Assembly: GCA_963749705.1 (NCBI GenBank)
Contig: CAVVNQ010000002.1
Span: forward strand, 96,001-160,000
Direction: 5' to 3'
Source: an uncultured Chloroflexia bacterium
Lineage (GTDB): Bacteria; Chloroflexota; Limnocylindria; Limnocylindrales; CSP1-4
DNA: 64,000 bases
Positions 9,614 through 18,284 of this stretch are shown in pieces. The notes below the pieces were generated by a model. It worked only from the letters and a program-made list of their open reading frames with translations, had not been told where the DNA came from and did not search any database. A program made the position numbers and the translations under genes. Every line of letters starts with the position of its first letter. The stretch's first letter is position 1.

Positions 9614-10168
9614 ATGGTCACGATCGCCGTTGAAGACTGGGTGTTCGGTGTGGCGGCCCTCGTGGGTGGCGTCCTGCTGCTGATCAACGTCGTCCTCGAC
9701 GACGTCATCGGTGGGGTCCTTGACGGAATCGGGATCGATTTCGGGGGCACCTCGATCACCCCCATCCTGCTGGGCTTCGTGGGCATGTTCGGGGCCGGCG
9801 GGCTGTTCGCCACGCAGGTGCTCGATGTCCATGGCGCCCAGGCCGCGATCGTGGGTGTCGTGTCGGGGACGGGCGGCGCCGCGCTGTCCGCAGGCCTGTT
9901 CCGCGTCCTCCAGCGAAGCGAGAGCGGTGAGCCGTTCAATCTGGCCGACCTGGTCGGTGGCTCGGCGTTCGTCAGCGTCGGCATCCCGGCGGGACGCATG
10001 GGCAGCGTGCTGGTGAAGGCCGAGGGGCAGACCCACGAGTTCAGCGCAACAGCCGAGCAGGACGTCGCGGCCGGTCGGACGGTCGCCATCGTGGGCATTG
10101 CCGGCAACGGGCTCATCGTTCGAGAAGTGCCGGCCTCCGCGAGCGCGGCGACCGAGCAGGAGGGGTAG
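9614..10168 (+). CDS. short NfeD-family membrane protein
   Basis: 3-4 TM helices plus OB-fold-like C-terminus (IPAGRMGSVLV); GGAGG RBS; directly upstream of a flotillin. Confidence 0.8.
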   Translation: MVTIAVEDWVFGVAALVGGVLLLINVVLDDVIGGVLDGIGIDFGGTSITPILLGFVGMFGAGGLFATQVLDVHGAQAAIVGVVSGTGGAALSAGLFRVLQRSESGEPFNLADLVGGSAFVSVGIPAGRMGSVLVKAEGQTHEFSATAEQDVAAGRTVAIVGIAGNGLIVREVPASASAATEQEG

Positions 10169-10172
10169 GGGA

Positions 10173-12284
10173 ATGGACCAGCTGGTCGAAGTCCTGGGCG
10201 GCAGCGTCGTCGCCGTCATCGTCCCGATCATCATCATCGCCCTGCTGTTCGCGTACGCGACGAGCCGGGTCAAGGTCGCCGGTGCCAACGAGGCGCTGGT
10301 CCGCACCGGCGGCGTGTGGGGCGGCGCGCCCGCCCAGCTCAAGGTCGTCCGCGCCGGGCGCGTCATCGTGCTGCCGCTGGTCCACAAGCTGGGTCGCGTC
10401 CACCTCAGCGCCCGCCAGATCAACATCGCGCTCTCGGACGCGGTGACCAAGCAGGGCATCAAGGTCGCCGTCCAGGGTGTCGCGACGGTCAAGATCGGCG
10501 GCGACGACGACTCGATCCGCAATGCCGCCGAGCGCTTCCTCGACAGCGAGCAGCTGCTCGACTCGATCGTCAAGAACGTGCTCGAGGGCTCGCTCCGCTC
10601 GATCGTCGGCACGCTGACCGTCGAGGAGCTCAACTACGACCGGCAGAAGTTCCAGCAGGAGGTCCAGAGCGCGGCCAAGGCCGACCTCGCGACGTCGGGC
10701 CTCGCGATCGACAACTTCACGATCCAGGCGATCCGCGACGAGGTCGGCTACATGGACCTCATCGGCCAGCAGGAGACGGCCCGCCGCGAGCGGGACGCCC
10801 GGATGGCCAAGGCAACGGCCGACCAGGAGGCCGCCGTCCGCGAGGCGGAGTCGCAGCAGATCAAGCTCAATGCCCAGCGCGACGTCGCGCTCCGCCAGGC
10901 CGATGTCGAGGCGCAGACGCAGTCCGCGAACGCGAAGGCGGCACAGGCCGGCCCACTGGCGCAGGCCGAGGCGCAGCAGGAGGTGGTCCGGCGCCAGACC
11001 GAGCTCGCCCAGCTCGAGGCGGACCGGACGCAGAAGGAGCTGATCGCCAGCACCGTCCGACCCGCGGAGGCCGAGGCGGAGGCGCAGGTCCGTCGGGCCG
11101 AGGGCGACAAGGGGGCCCGGATCGCCCAGGCCCAGGCCGAGGCCGAGCGGGTCAAGCTCGCCGGGTCGGCGGAGGCCGCGGTGCAGGTGACCAAGGGCGA
11201 GGCGCTCGCGCGGGTCACGTTCGTCAACGCGGAGGCGGAGGCGAAGAAGACGACCCTCGAGGGCACCGCCGAAGCCGGCATCGTGTTCACCAAGGGCGAG
11301 GCCGAGGCCAAGGCGCTGGCGCTCCGCGCGGATGCGTATCGCCAGTTCAACGAGGCGGCCATCATCACGACCGTCCTGTCGCTGCTGCCGGACATCGTGC
11401 GCGCGGCCGCCGAGCCGCTGGCGTCGATCGACAACCTGACGGTGCTCTCGTCGGACGGCGCCTCGGACGTCGTCAAGACCACCACCCGGACCGTTGCCGA
11501 AGCCGCCACGACCGTCAAGGGACTCACCGGGATCGACGTCCCGCAGCTGCTCAACAACGCACTCGGAACGTCGGCCGCGGGCGCGGGTGCCTCGGCTCCG
11601 GAGCCGCCCCCGGCGTCGCCTGGTCGGACCCGAGCGCGACAGCCACGGCGCGGATCGGGCGGGGGATCGGGCGGTTCCTCGCCCGCGACCGGCGGCTCGG
11701 CCAGGTCGGGCTCGTCAGCTGCGTCCGGTGGTTCGACGTCCGCCGCCGGTCCGACGCCCGCCGACGGCGCCCAGGCCGCACCCGACGCTGCGTCGGCGTC
11801 GCCCGCCGCTGCCGTCGCCGGATCAACGCCGGAGCAGCAGCTCGCGCAGGCCAGCGACGTCATGCGTTCGGCGGCCACGGGCACCGTCACCCCGGGCGCC
11901 GTTACCCCGGGCGCCGTCACCCCGGGCGCCACCGCGCTCGGTGGGCTCACATCGGCCCTGCCACCGCATCCGCCCGTCTCCGACCTCCGCCCCGGTGACA
12001 CGCGGCGGGTCGCCGATGCACCTGCCGCCGGCGCCGGGATCGGGCGAGCGACGACGCTCGATGACGCGGCCGCGCGGCTCGCCCAGGAGCTGAGCCGGAT
12101 CCCGGGGATCGAGCGGTTCGGCACCACCCGGCTGTCAGATCTGGAGCGCAGCGGGCCCAGACCGCTGCGGGCGCTGTGGGGCGCCGCACGCGGCCAGCTC
12201 AAGAGCCGCTACGGCGACCTGACGATCGGGGCGTTGCTCGACCGGTATGAGCACCGCGGAGACGGACCCGGCCAGGCCGGCTGA
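10173..12284 (+). CDS. flotillin-like SPFH protein with long C-terminal extension
   Basis: N-terminal TM, SPFH domain (AVTKQGI, NAAERFL, LEGSLRSIVGTLTVEE), AEA-rich coiled coil, then low-complexity linker and tail. Confidence 0.9.
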   Translation: MDQLVEVLGGSVVAVIVPIIIIALLFAYATSRVKVAGANEALVRTGGVWGGAPAQLKVVRAGRVIVLPLVHKLGRVHLSARQINIALSDAVTKQGIKVAVQGVATVKIGGDDDSIRNAAERFLDSEQLLDSIVKNVLEGSLRSIVGTLTVEELNYDRQKFQQEVQSAAKADLATSGLAIDNFTIQAIRDEVGYMDLIGQQETARRERDARMAKATADQEAAVREAESQQIKLNAQRDVALRQADVEAQTQSANAKAAQAGPLAQAEAQQEVVRRQTELAQLEADRTQKELIASTVRPAEAEAEAQVRRAEGDKGARIAQAQAEAERVKLAGSAEAAVQVTKGEALARVTFVNAEAEAKKTTLEGTAEAGIVFTKGEAEAKALALRADAYRQFNEAAIITTVLSLLPDIVRAAAEPLASIDNLTVLSSDGASDVVKTTTRTVAEAATTVKGLTGIDVPQLLNNALGTSAAGAGASAPEPPPASPGRTRARQPRRGSGGGSGGSSPATGGSARSGSSAASGGSTSAAGPTPADGAQAAPDAASASPAAAVAGSTPEQQLAQASDVMRSAATGTVTPGAVTPGAVTPGATALGGLTSALPPHPPVSDLRPGDTRRVADAPAAGAGIGRATTLDDAAARLAQELSRIPGIERFGTTRLSDLERSGPRPLRALWGAARGQLKSRYGDLTIGALLDRYEHRGDGPGQAG
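11886..11930 (+). repeat. 3 x 15-nt in-frame tandem repeat (VTPGA)3
   Basis: gtcaccccgggcgcc / gttaccccgggcgcc / gtcaccccgggcgcc. Confidence 0.9.
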
Positions 12285-12305
12285 TCCTGCCCAGGCGTCC
12301 CGCGG

Positions 12306-13010
12306 ATGACGGCGGATCGGGTGAGGTCCCTGCTCCGGGTCGAGGACTTCGTGCTCGGCACGATCGCGCTGATCGGGCTGCCCCTGTTCGACCGGCTCAC
12401 CGGGAGCGCGAGCGGATCAGGCACGCCGGCCGATACCCCGGCGCCGCTCACCGGCGTCATCGGCCTGGTCGCGATCCTCGGGGTGCTCGCGTGCCTGCTC
12501 ACCCGCGGCGCCGGCGAGCCGCCGCCGTTCGGGGACGGCCAGCTGACCCTCCAGGGCTGGGCCCGGTTTCCGCTTGCCGCGGGTGTCGGGATCGTGGGCA
12601 TCGAGACCCTGCCCGGGATCGGGCTGGACGGCGACCCGTTCGTCGGGCTGACGTTCCTGGTCGTGTTCGTGAGCGTCATGGTCCCCGGTCGTCTGCCGGT
12701 CGTCCCGGTCGCGGCACGACGCGCGCTGGTGACCCCGATGGCGATCCTGGCGACGGGCGTCTTCGACCGGATGCTGGGCTCGGGCCTGGGCGACATGGTG
12801 GGCGGGGTCGTGCGCGGCGAGGCACCGCCCGAGCTCGCGGGCTTCCTCCCGCTGATCATCGGCGCGGTTGCGGCGATGTACGCGATGCTCGTCGTGGCGC
12901 CGCGGGCCATCGCGGATCCCGGAGCCGGCGGTGTGGCCTGGGTTGTCCGGTTCCTGTTCCTGCTGGCCGCGCTTGCGACCGGCAACGTCCTGTTCGGGGT
13001 GGTCGGCTAG
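12306..13010 (+). CDS. hypothetical polytopic membrane protein
   Basis: about 7 hydrophobic segments; 21 nt downstream of the flotillin, likely co-transcribed. Confidence 0.7.
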   Translation: MTADRVRSLLRVEDFVLGTIALIGLPLFDRLTGSASGSGTPADTPAPLTGVIGLVAILGVLACLLTRGAGEPPPFGDGQLTLQGWARFPLAAGVGIVGIETLPGIGLDGDPFVGLTFLVVFVSVMVPGRLPVVPVAARRALVTPMAILATGVFDRMLGSGLGDMVGGVVRGEAPPELAGFLPLIIGAVAAMYAMLVVAPRAIADPGAGGVAWVVRFLFLLAALATGNVLFGVVG

Positions 13011-14125
13011 GGGAGGATCCGGGCGGCGAGACCCTGCGCCGTCGCGCAGATCGAGGGCGCCGTCACGACGCCGTCGTCGGTGATCCCGAAGTCGGGCGTG
13101 GACCCGTCCGACGGACCGCTCAGGCTCACGTACACCAGCGTGTCGCCCTTGCGCACGAGGACCCCGGCCTGGATCGCCGGGGACACGCCGGTGCAGAACG
13201 CCTCGTCGCCCAGCCCGCTCACGTCGCCCGCGAAGTAGCCACTGTTCTCGACCGAGACCCCGCCCCCCTGATCCTGGGAGGTCGGCGCGGCACGCTGGCG
13301 CTCGGCCTGGAACACGCTCGCCGCATCGCTGCCCTCGTATCTCGCGATGCGGCCGACCGGGGTCGACTCATCGGCCGTGATCCAGCAGTCGTACGCATCG
13401 GGCAGCACGCGCTTGTCGAGGATGATCCCGATCGTCGCGTCATAGAAGCCGGTCAGCTCGATGGCCTCGGCATTGCCCCCCAGCTGGTCGCGGAGCGTCG
13501 CGTTGTCGATGATCGTGCACGCCTTGCCGATCGTCCCATCGCCGTTGACGCCCACCTCGTCGGCGAGCCGGTTGCCGAGGATGACCAGCCCGGCGATCAG
13601 CAGGAAGAACCCGATGGCGCCGATGGCGACCAGGATCAGGATGATCTTGAGGCAGCCGCTGGAGCCCGACGACTGGGCGGGCTGCGGGTTCCAGGTGCCG
13701 GGTGGCTGGCCGCCGGCACCGGGTGCGGCCGGAGAGCCGCCCCAGCCGGGCTGTGGTCCCGACGGAGGCGGTGGCGCGGCCGGGCTCTGGCCCCATCCCG
13801 TTGGGGGCGACGTCGGGGACGGCGGGGCAGCAGGCACGCTGGTCGGTGGCGCGGCCGGCACGGCTGCCGGGGCCGGTGCCTCGACCGGTGCCGACGTGGG
13901 CGGCGATGCGGCCGGTTGGCCCCAGCCAGGAACCTCTCCGCTCGATGGCGTGGGTGCCCCGCCGGATGGTTGAGCGGGGGCCTGACCCCAGCCCGGGATT
14001 GCGCCGCCGGCTGGAGCCGGTGCCGCGGCCGGGGGTTGGGTAGGCGGCGTCTGGTCCGATGGATCCGGTTGTGGCTGGCCCCAGCCGGGAACGGCCCCCG
14101 GCCTCGGCGGTTCAGTCGACATCAT
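13007..14125 (-). CDS. Pro-rich single-pass membrane protein with GWGQ repeats and a Cys-containing extracytoplasmic domain
   Basis: repeated (P)GWGQ in a Pro/Ala-rich N-terminus, TM LKIILILVAIG, globular C-terminus; GGGGAGAGGG RBS-like sequence. Confidence 0.8.
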   Translation of the reverse strand: MMSTEPPRPGAVPGWGQPQPDPSDQTPPTQPPAAAPAPAGGAIPGWGQAPAQPSGGAPTPSSGEVPGWGQPAASPPTSAPVEAPAPAAVPAAPPTSVPAAPPSPTSPPTGWGQSPAAPPPPSGPQPGWGGSPAAPGAGGQPPGTWNPQPAQSSGSSGCLKIILILVAIGAIGFFLLIAGLVILGNRLADEVGVNGDGTIGKACTIIDNATLRDQLGGNAEAIELTGFYDATIGIILDKRVLPDAYDCWITADESTPVGRIARYEGSDAASVFQAERQRAAPTSQDQGGGVSVENSGYFAGDVSGLGDEAFCTGVSPAIQAGVLVRKGDTLVYVSLSGPSDGSTPDFGITDDGVVTAPSICATAQGLAARILP

Positions 14126-14157
14126 CCCTCTCCCCGTGGAACGCGATGGTCCGCGGC

Positions 14158-14186
14158 ATTCTGCGCGGTTCCGCGCGTTCGCTCAA
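14158..14186 (-). promoter_or_regulatory. putative sigma70 promoter of the Pro-rich membrane protein gene
   Basis: TTGAGC, 17-nt spacer, CAGAAT on the minus strand. Confidence 0.5.
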
Positions 14187-14405
14187 TCCCCGATCTTGGT
14201 CGTGCGCCGCCGGACCCACGCCGCGATGCCGCTGCCCGCGCACATTTGGTCTCCGTCCTTGGCGCGTCTCGGAGCAGCCGACTCGTCCGCGCGCCAATGC
14301 GGTGAGACGGGGTAGATCGATCAGGTCACGACGGGCGCGTCGAGGCCTCAGGCGTCGGCGCGTCATGCGTGCAGCCGGCGCACCACCTGGCACCGGCGGG
14401 CGAGC

Positions 14406-16211
14406 TCACTCGACGATGCACAGGTCGAAGTGGTCGGATCCCGGCGGTGGGTCCACCCGTATCGTCCAGTGCAGAACCTCGCCCAGGTAGAACGGGCCGA
14501 TGTCGTACCACTGACCAGGCGTCAGATAGCTCGTCCGGACGACGGTGCCAAAGACCGGGGTCAGCACTCGCCCGTAGACCTGAAACGCTCGCTGTCCGTC
14601 CGTGCGCACGAAGATACGCGACGTCGGCACGAGACCACGGAGGACGACGAATGGGTCCGATCCGGTGACGACGTAGGAAGCACACGCTCCGTCCCATTCA
14701 TCGAGCACGAGATGGTGGTGCTCATAGGGGGGCTGAGGACGACTCTGAACCGGAGCTGGCGGCCCGCCCACGAGCCGAGGATCCAGCTGGTCACCGTGCA
14801 ACCGCCCGAGCATCTCGTCCACGGCAACGCGCTCGTCGGGTGTCGCGTGCGTCAGTGTGCCCCCGTCGACCCCGCCCACCTTACCCAGAGCATCGACCGC
14901 GGCATAGTAGTCCCCGGCCGTCAGCCCGAAGAAGAACGACCGGTCGATCACGCGTCGATCAGTCGACGGCGTGATGGCGTCCCGGGTCGCATCGAGGGCG
15001 GCGAGCTCGGCGCGAATCGTGGCTGCGCGCTCTTGCCAGACTGGTTCCGATCGCATCGCCTTGTCGACGTCACCGGCAATGATCGCGAGCACCCACACTC
15101 CGGTCAGGATCCAGAACCGGCCACGATGGGTCGAACGGCGAAGCCTGTCGACGGTCGGCATGATCGCCAACAGGGCTAGAGCAAGCGCCGGATACGCATA
15201 CCGCGGCGCCGCGGCGCCGGTGGCTCCGAATGCGGCTGCCCTGCCCACGCCGATCAGCAGGTAGAGGATAAACAGTCCGCTCGTTGCGCCGACAACGATC
15301 GGGTCCAGCACCCACCTCCGACTCCCGACGACGATGCCGGCAAGCACACACACCATCGCCAGCGCCGGCAGCTGGAACCGGTGGTCGAGGCCGAATAGGG
15401 GGGCCGCAAGGGTCGAGAGTCCCGTCGCGACGAACGGAAGCAGGACCGCCGGATCGACGCCGGTCAGCGTATCCGCGGCCCGCGACCCTTCGCCGAATGC
15501 AAGGAGCCAGGCGACGAAGACGAAGCCACTCGCGGTGGGCCACGCGAGGTCGCGGACAGGCCGTCGGGCAGCAATCATCCAGATCGCCGCGAAGGCGAGC
15601 ATGGCCAGCGCGACCCCGCCGGATGCCAGCGCCAGCACCATGGAGATCGAACCCGTCACCCGCGCCAAGGTTCCGCGCCGCTCCCAGAACACACACGCGA
15701 GCAGTCCGAACGCAACTGGCAGCGTGAAGCTGAGGTTCACGGGCCACAGAAGGACTTCGTCGCTCCAGAAGAACATGAGAAGGAACAGCGAGCCAACAAC
15801 CGCCAGGGTCGGATGGACTCGGGGTCGGAGGAGGACGTAGAGGACGCCTGCCGCAGCCAGGTGACCGCCAACGCCGGCGGCAGCAAGCAGACCGTAGCTA
15901 TGCAGGCCCCGCAGCCAGAATGCCACCTGGTAGACGAGGATCGGCAGCGTCTCCCAGTGAACGTTGTAGGGCGTGAGGAGAGTGTCCGGGGAGATGGCCC
16001 TGCGCCCCAGCACGAACGCCCACTCATCCTGGAAGAACACGAGCCCGCGGACGACGAGCAACAGGTGCAGGCCGACGGCAGTCATGATCACGGCGAGAAC
16101 TGCGAGTGCGACCACGGCCGGACGCGCCAGGGCAGGTGCGAGCCGCTGGAGATGCGATCCAGTCTCGCCGGGCTCTGCCGCGCTCATCGACCGGTCGGCC
16201 ATTGGCGCCAC
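14406..16211 (-). CDS. polytopic membrane protein, probable GT-C-fold glycosyltransferase-like (start uncertain)
   Basis: FFQDEW acidic loop after TM1, PYNVHW, many TM helices, APRYAY motif, soluble C-terminal domain; codon usage more AT-rich than neighbours. Confidence 0.6.
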   Translation of the reverse strand: MAPMADRSMSAAEPGETGSHLQRLAPALARPAVVALAVLAVIMTAVGLHLLLVVRGLVFFQDEWAFVLGRRAISPDTLLTPYNVHWETLPILVYQVAFWLRGLHSYGLLAAAGVGGHLAAAGVLYVLLRPRVHPTLAVVGSLFLLMFFWSDEVLLWPVNLSFTLPVAFGLLACVFWERRGTLARVTGSISMVLALASGGVALAMLAFAAIWMIAARRPVRDLAWPTASGFVFVAWLLAFGEGSRAADTLTGVDPAVLLPFVATGLSTLAAPLFGLDHRFQLPALAMVCVLAGIVVGSRRWVLDPIVVGATSGLFILYLLIGVGRAAAFGATGAAAPRYAYPALALALLAIMPTVDRLRRSTHRGRFWILTGVWVLAIIAGDVDKAMRSEPVWQERAATIRAELAALDATRDAITPSTDRRVIDRSFFFGLTAGDYYAAVDALGKVGGVDGGTLTHATPDERVAVDEMLGRLHGDQLDPRLVGGPPAPVQSRPQPPYEHHHLVLDEWDGACASYVVTGSDPFVVLRGLVPTSRIFVRTDGQRAFQVYGRVLTPVFGTVVRTSYLTPGQWYDIGPFYLGEVLHWTIRVDPPPGSDHFDLCIVE

Positions 16212-16638
16212 CGGCGCGCTAAGCCATCAAAGCAAACAGCTGATCGCGTAGCGGGCCCCGCCTTGCGTCGTGCGTTGCGCACCTGGGCGTCGCGGGGTAG
16301 TCACCCTGCGTTCGAATACCCACATCCCGACACTACCGGTAGTGGCCTGTTGTGACAAGCGGACAAGCAAGATCCCCTTGTCGGTGGCGTGAGGTGACGA
16401 ACGCGTCGGCTGTTGACATTGCGCCGAACCCCGGGCGCCGCCGCAGCCCGGACGCTCCCGTGCCGGCCACGGAGCTCCCATCGCTGCCGGCCGCAGTCAG
16501 GAGGCGACATGCCATCGATCGACCCGTGCTCAAGTCCGTAACGATCTCCGGACGGCCGCCGATGACGGTTCGTGCGGCGCACGGCGCCAGGCCGCGCCCG
16601 TTAGTGTGTGCCGGATCGAGCCACGAGGCGTCCCAACG

Positions 16639-17877
16639 ATGACCAGCAGCTCCAGCGCCAGGATCGACGGCGCGCACCCGCGACCGGTGGATCCGGCGAT
16701 GGTCCCGCCCCGCGGGCTCGCGCCGGCCGGCCGCCTGCTGGTGATCGTCGCCCTTGCCGCAGGGATCGCTCTGACCCTGCCCGATCCGTTCGCCGTGCTG
16801 TTCTTCGGGTCGAACGCCGCGATCGGTGCGCTGCTCGCCATCCGGCGGCCCCGCAACCCGATCGGGTGGCTGCTGCTGGCGATCGCCTTCGGCTTCGTCG
16901 GCACCACGAAGGAGCTCCGCTATCCGGTCGGGCCGTTGCTGGACGGGTCGGCGCCGCTGGTCGAGTTCCTGTGGGTGTGGACCAGCGCCTGGAGCGGCTA
17001 CGCGACGTTCACGCTCCTGCTCGTCCTCACATTCCTGTTCCCCTCGGGACACCTCCCGTCCGGCCGATGGCGGCGCCCGGCCATCGCGGCGGTGGCGCTC
17101 GGGCTTGCCTGTACCGCCCTCGCCGCCGCGGGGCCGCAGCTGGGCTACAACCCGAACAGCAGCGCCGTCATGGTCCTCGTCCCGAACCGGCTCGCCGTCC
17201 TGCCCGATCTCGCCCTGTGGGCCGCCGTCCCCTTCGACGCCCTGATCTTCCCGATCGCCGGCCTGCTGGTCGCCGCCGCCATCGGGATGATCGTGCGCTA
17301 CCGGCGCTCGGCCGGGATCCTCAGGCTGCAGCTCCGCTGGCTGGTCGCGTCGATCGCGCTCGTCGTCGTCGGCCTCGTCGCCGGTCTGGCGTCGTCCGCG
17401 GTATTCGGGGACATCGGCGGGCTCGCCTGGCTGGGCACGATCGTCGCGATCCCGGCGGTCCCGGTCTCGATCTACGTCGCTGTCACCCGCCACCGGCTGT
17501 ACGACATCGACCGCATCATCAGCCGCACGATCGGCTGGCTCGTCGTCACGGTCGTCCTCAGCGCGGTGTTCGCCGCGGCGGTCGTCGGCCTCCAGGGCCT
17601 GCTCGTGCCCGTGATCGGCGGTGACAGCCTCGCCGTCGCGGGGTCGACCCTGGTGGTCGCGAGCCTGTTCCAGCCGGTCCGGCGGCGGATCCAGGACGGC
17701 GTCGATCGGCGGTTCGATCGGGCGCGGGTTGATGCCTCGCGCGTGGCCAGCCGGTTCGCCGTGCAGCTCCGGGCCGACTCCGATCTCGATGACGTCGGCG
17801 TCAGGCTGAGCGCGGCCGTTCGCGAGACGCTCGGTCCGGCGCAGTACGCGATGTGGGTCCGGAGGCGACCGGCATGA
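16639..17877 (+). CDS. multi-TM protein resembling a histidine-kinase membrane input domain, with no kinase domain
   Basis: RRPRNPIGWLL, FLFPSG.LPS.RWR, QLRWL, RHRLYDIDRIISRT, FQPVRRRIQ.GVDRRFDR; ends after a short helical segment. Confidence 0.75.
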   Translation: MTSSSSARIDGAHPRPVDPAMVPPRGLAPAGRLLVIVALAAGIALTLPDPFAVLFFGSNAAIGALLAIRRPRNPIGWLLLAIAFGFVGTTKELRYPVGPLLDGSAPLVEFLWVWTSAWSGYATFTLLLVLTFLFPSGHLPSGRWRRPAIAAVALGLACTALAAAGPQLGYNPNSSAVMVLVPNRLAVLPDLALWAAVPFDALIFPIAGLLVAAAIGMIVRYRRSAGILRLQLRWLVASIALVVVGLVAGLASSAVFGDIGGLAWLGTIVAIPAVPVSIYVAVTRHRLYDIDRIISRTIGWLVVTVVLSAVFAAAVVGLQGLLVPVIGGDSLAVAGSTLVVASLFQPVRRRIQDGVDRRFDRARVDASRVASRFAVQLRADSDLDDVGVRLSAAVRETLGPAQYAMWVRRRPA

Positions 17878-18009
17878 GCCGGCGGGTCCTCCCGGGCAGC
17901 CTCGCCGCGTCGTGCCGCCACTCGCCGCGGCGCTGATCCCCGCGGGCCATCGGTGCGGTTCGACGATGGCCAAGGTCCGCGGCTAAACTGCCACCGAGCG
18001 TGAACCCTC

Positions 18010-18084
18010 GGCGGAGTAGCTCAGTGGTAGAGCAGGGGACTCATAAGCCCTTGGTCGGTGGTTCGAATCCGCCCTCCGCTACCA
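18010..18084 (+). tRNA. tRNA with CAT anticodon, probably elongator Met (Ile2 not excluded)
   Basis: acceptor stem GGCGGAG/CTCCGCT, D arm TAGCTCAGTGGTAGAGC, anticodon loop CTCATAA, GGTTCGAATCC, encoded CCA; no initiator C1:A72 mismatch. Confidence 0.93.
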
Positions 18085-18284
18085 AACGATCGAGACGCCC
18101 GGGCCACTGCGCCTGGGCGTTCCCGCGGGTGACGGCCCTGGTGCCGGCGGCGGGTTCGGATTCCTGAACCTCGTTTCAACCTCCCCCTAGTCATCCGCAC
18201 ACGTCCTGCGCACGTACACCTGATAGGTTCGATCGCGGGACCGCACATGCGGTCGCCACGAACCCCGGCGGTATACTCGCCGGA

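Noticed and set aside
18010-18084. tRNA as an integration site
   Set aside because: I noticed no duplicated tRNA 3' end and no adjacent integrase; ftsH follows directly.
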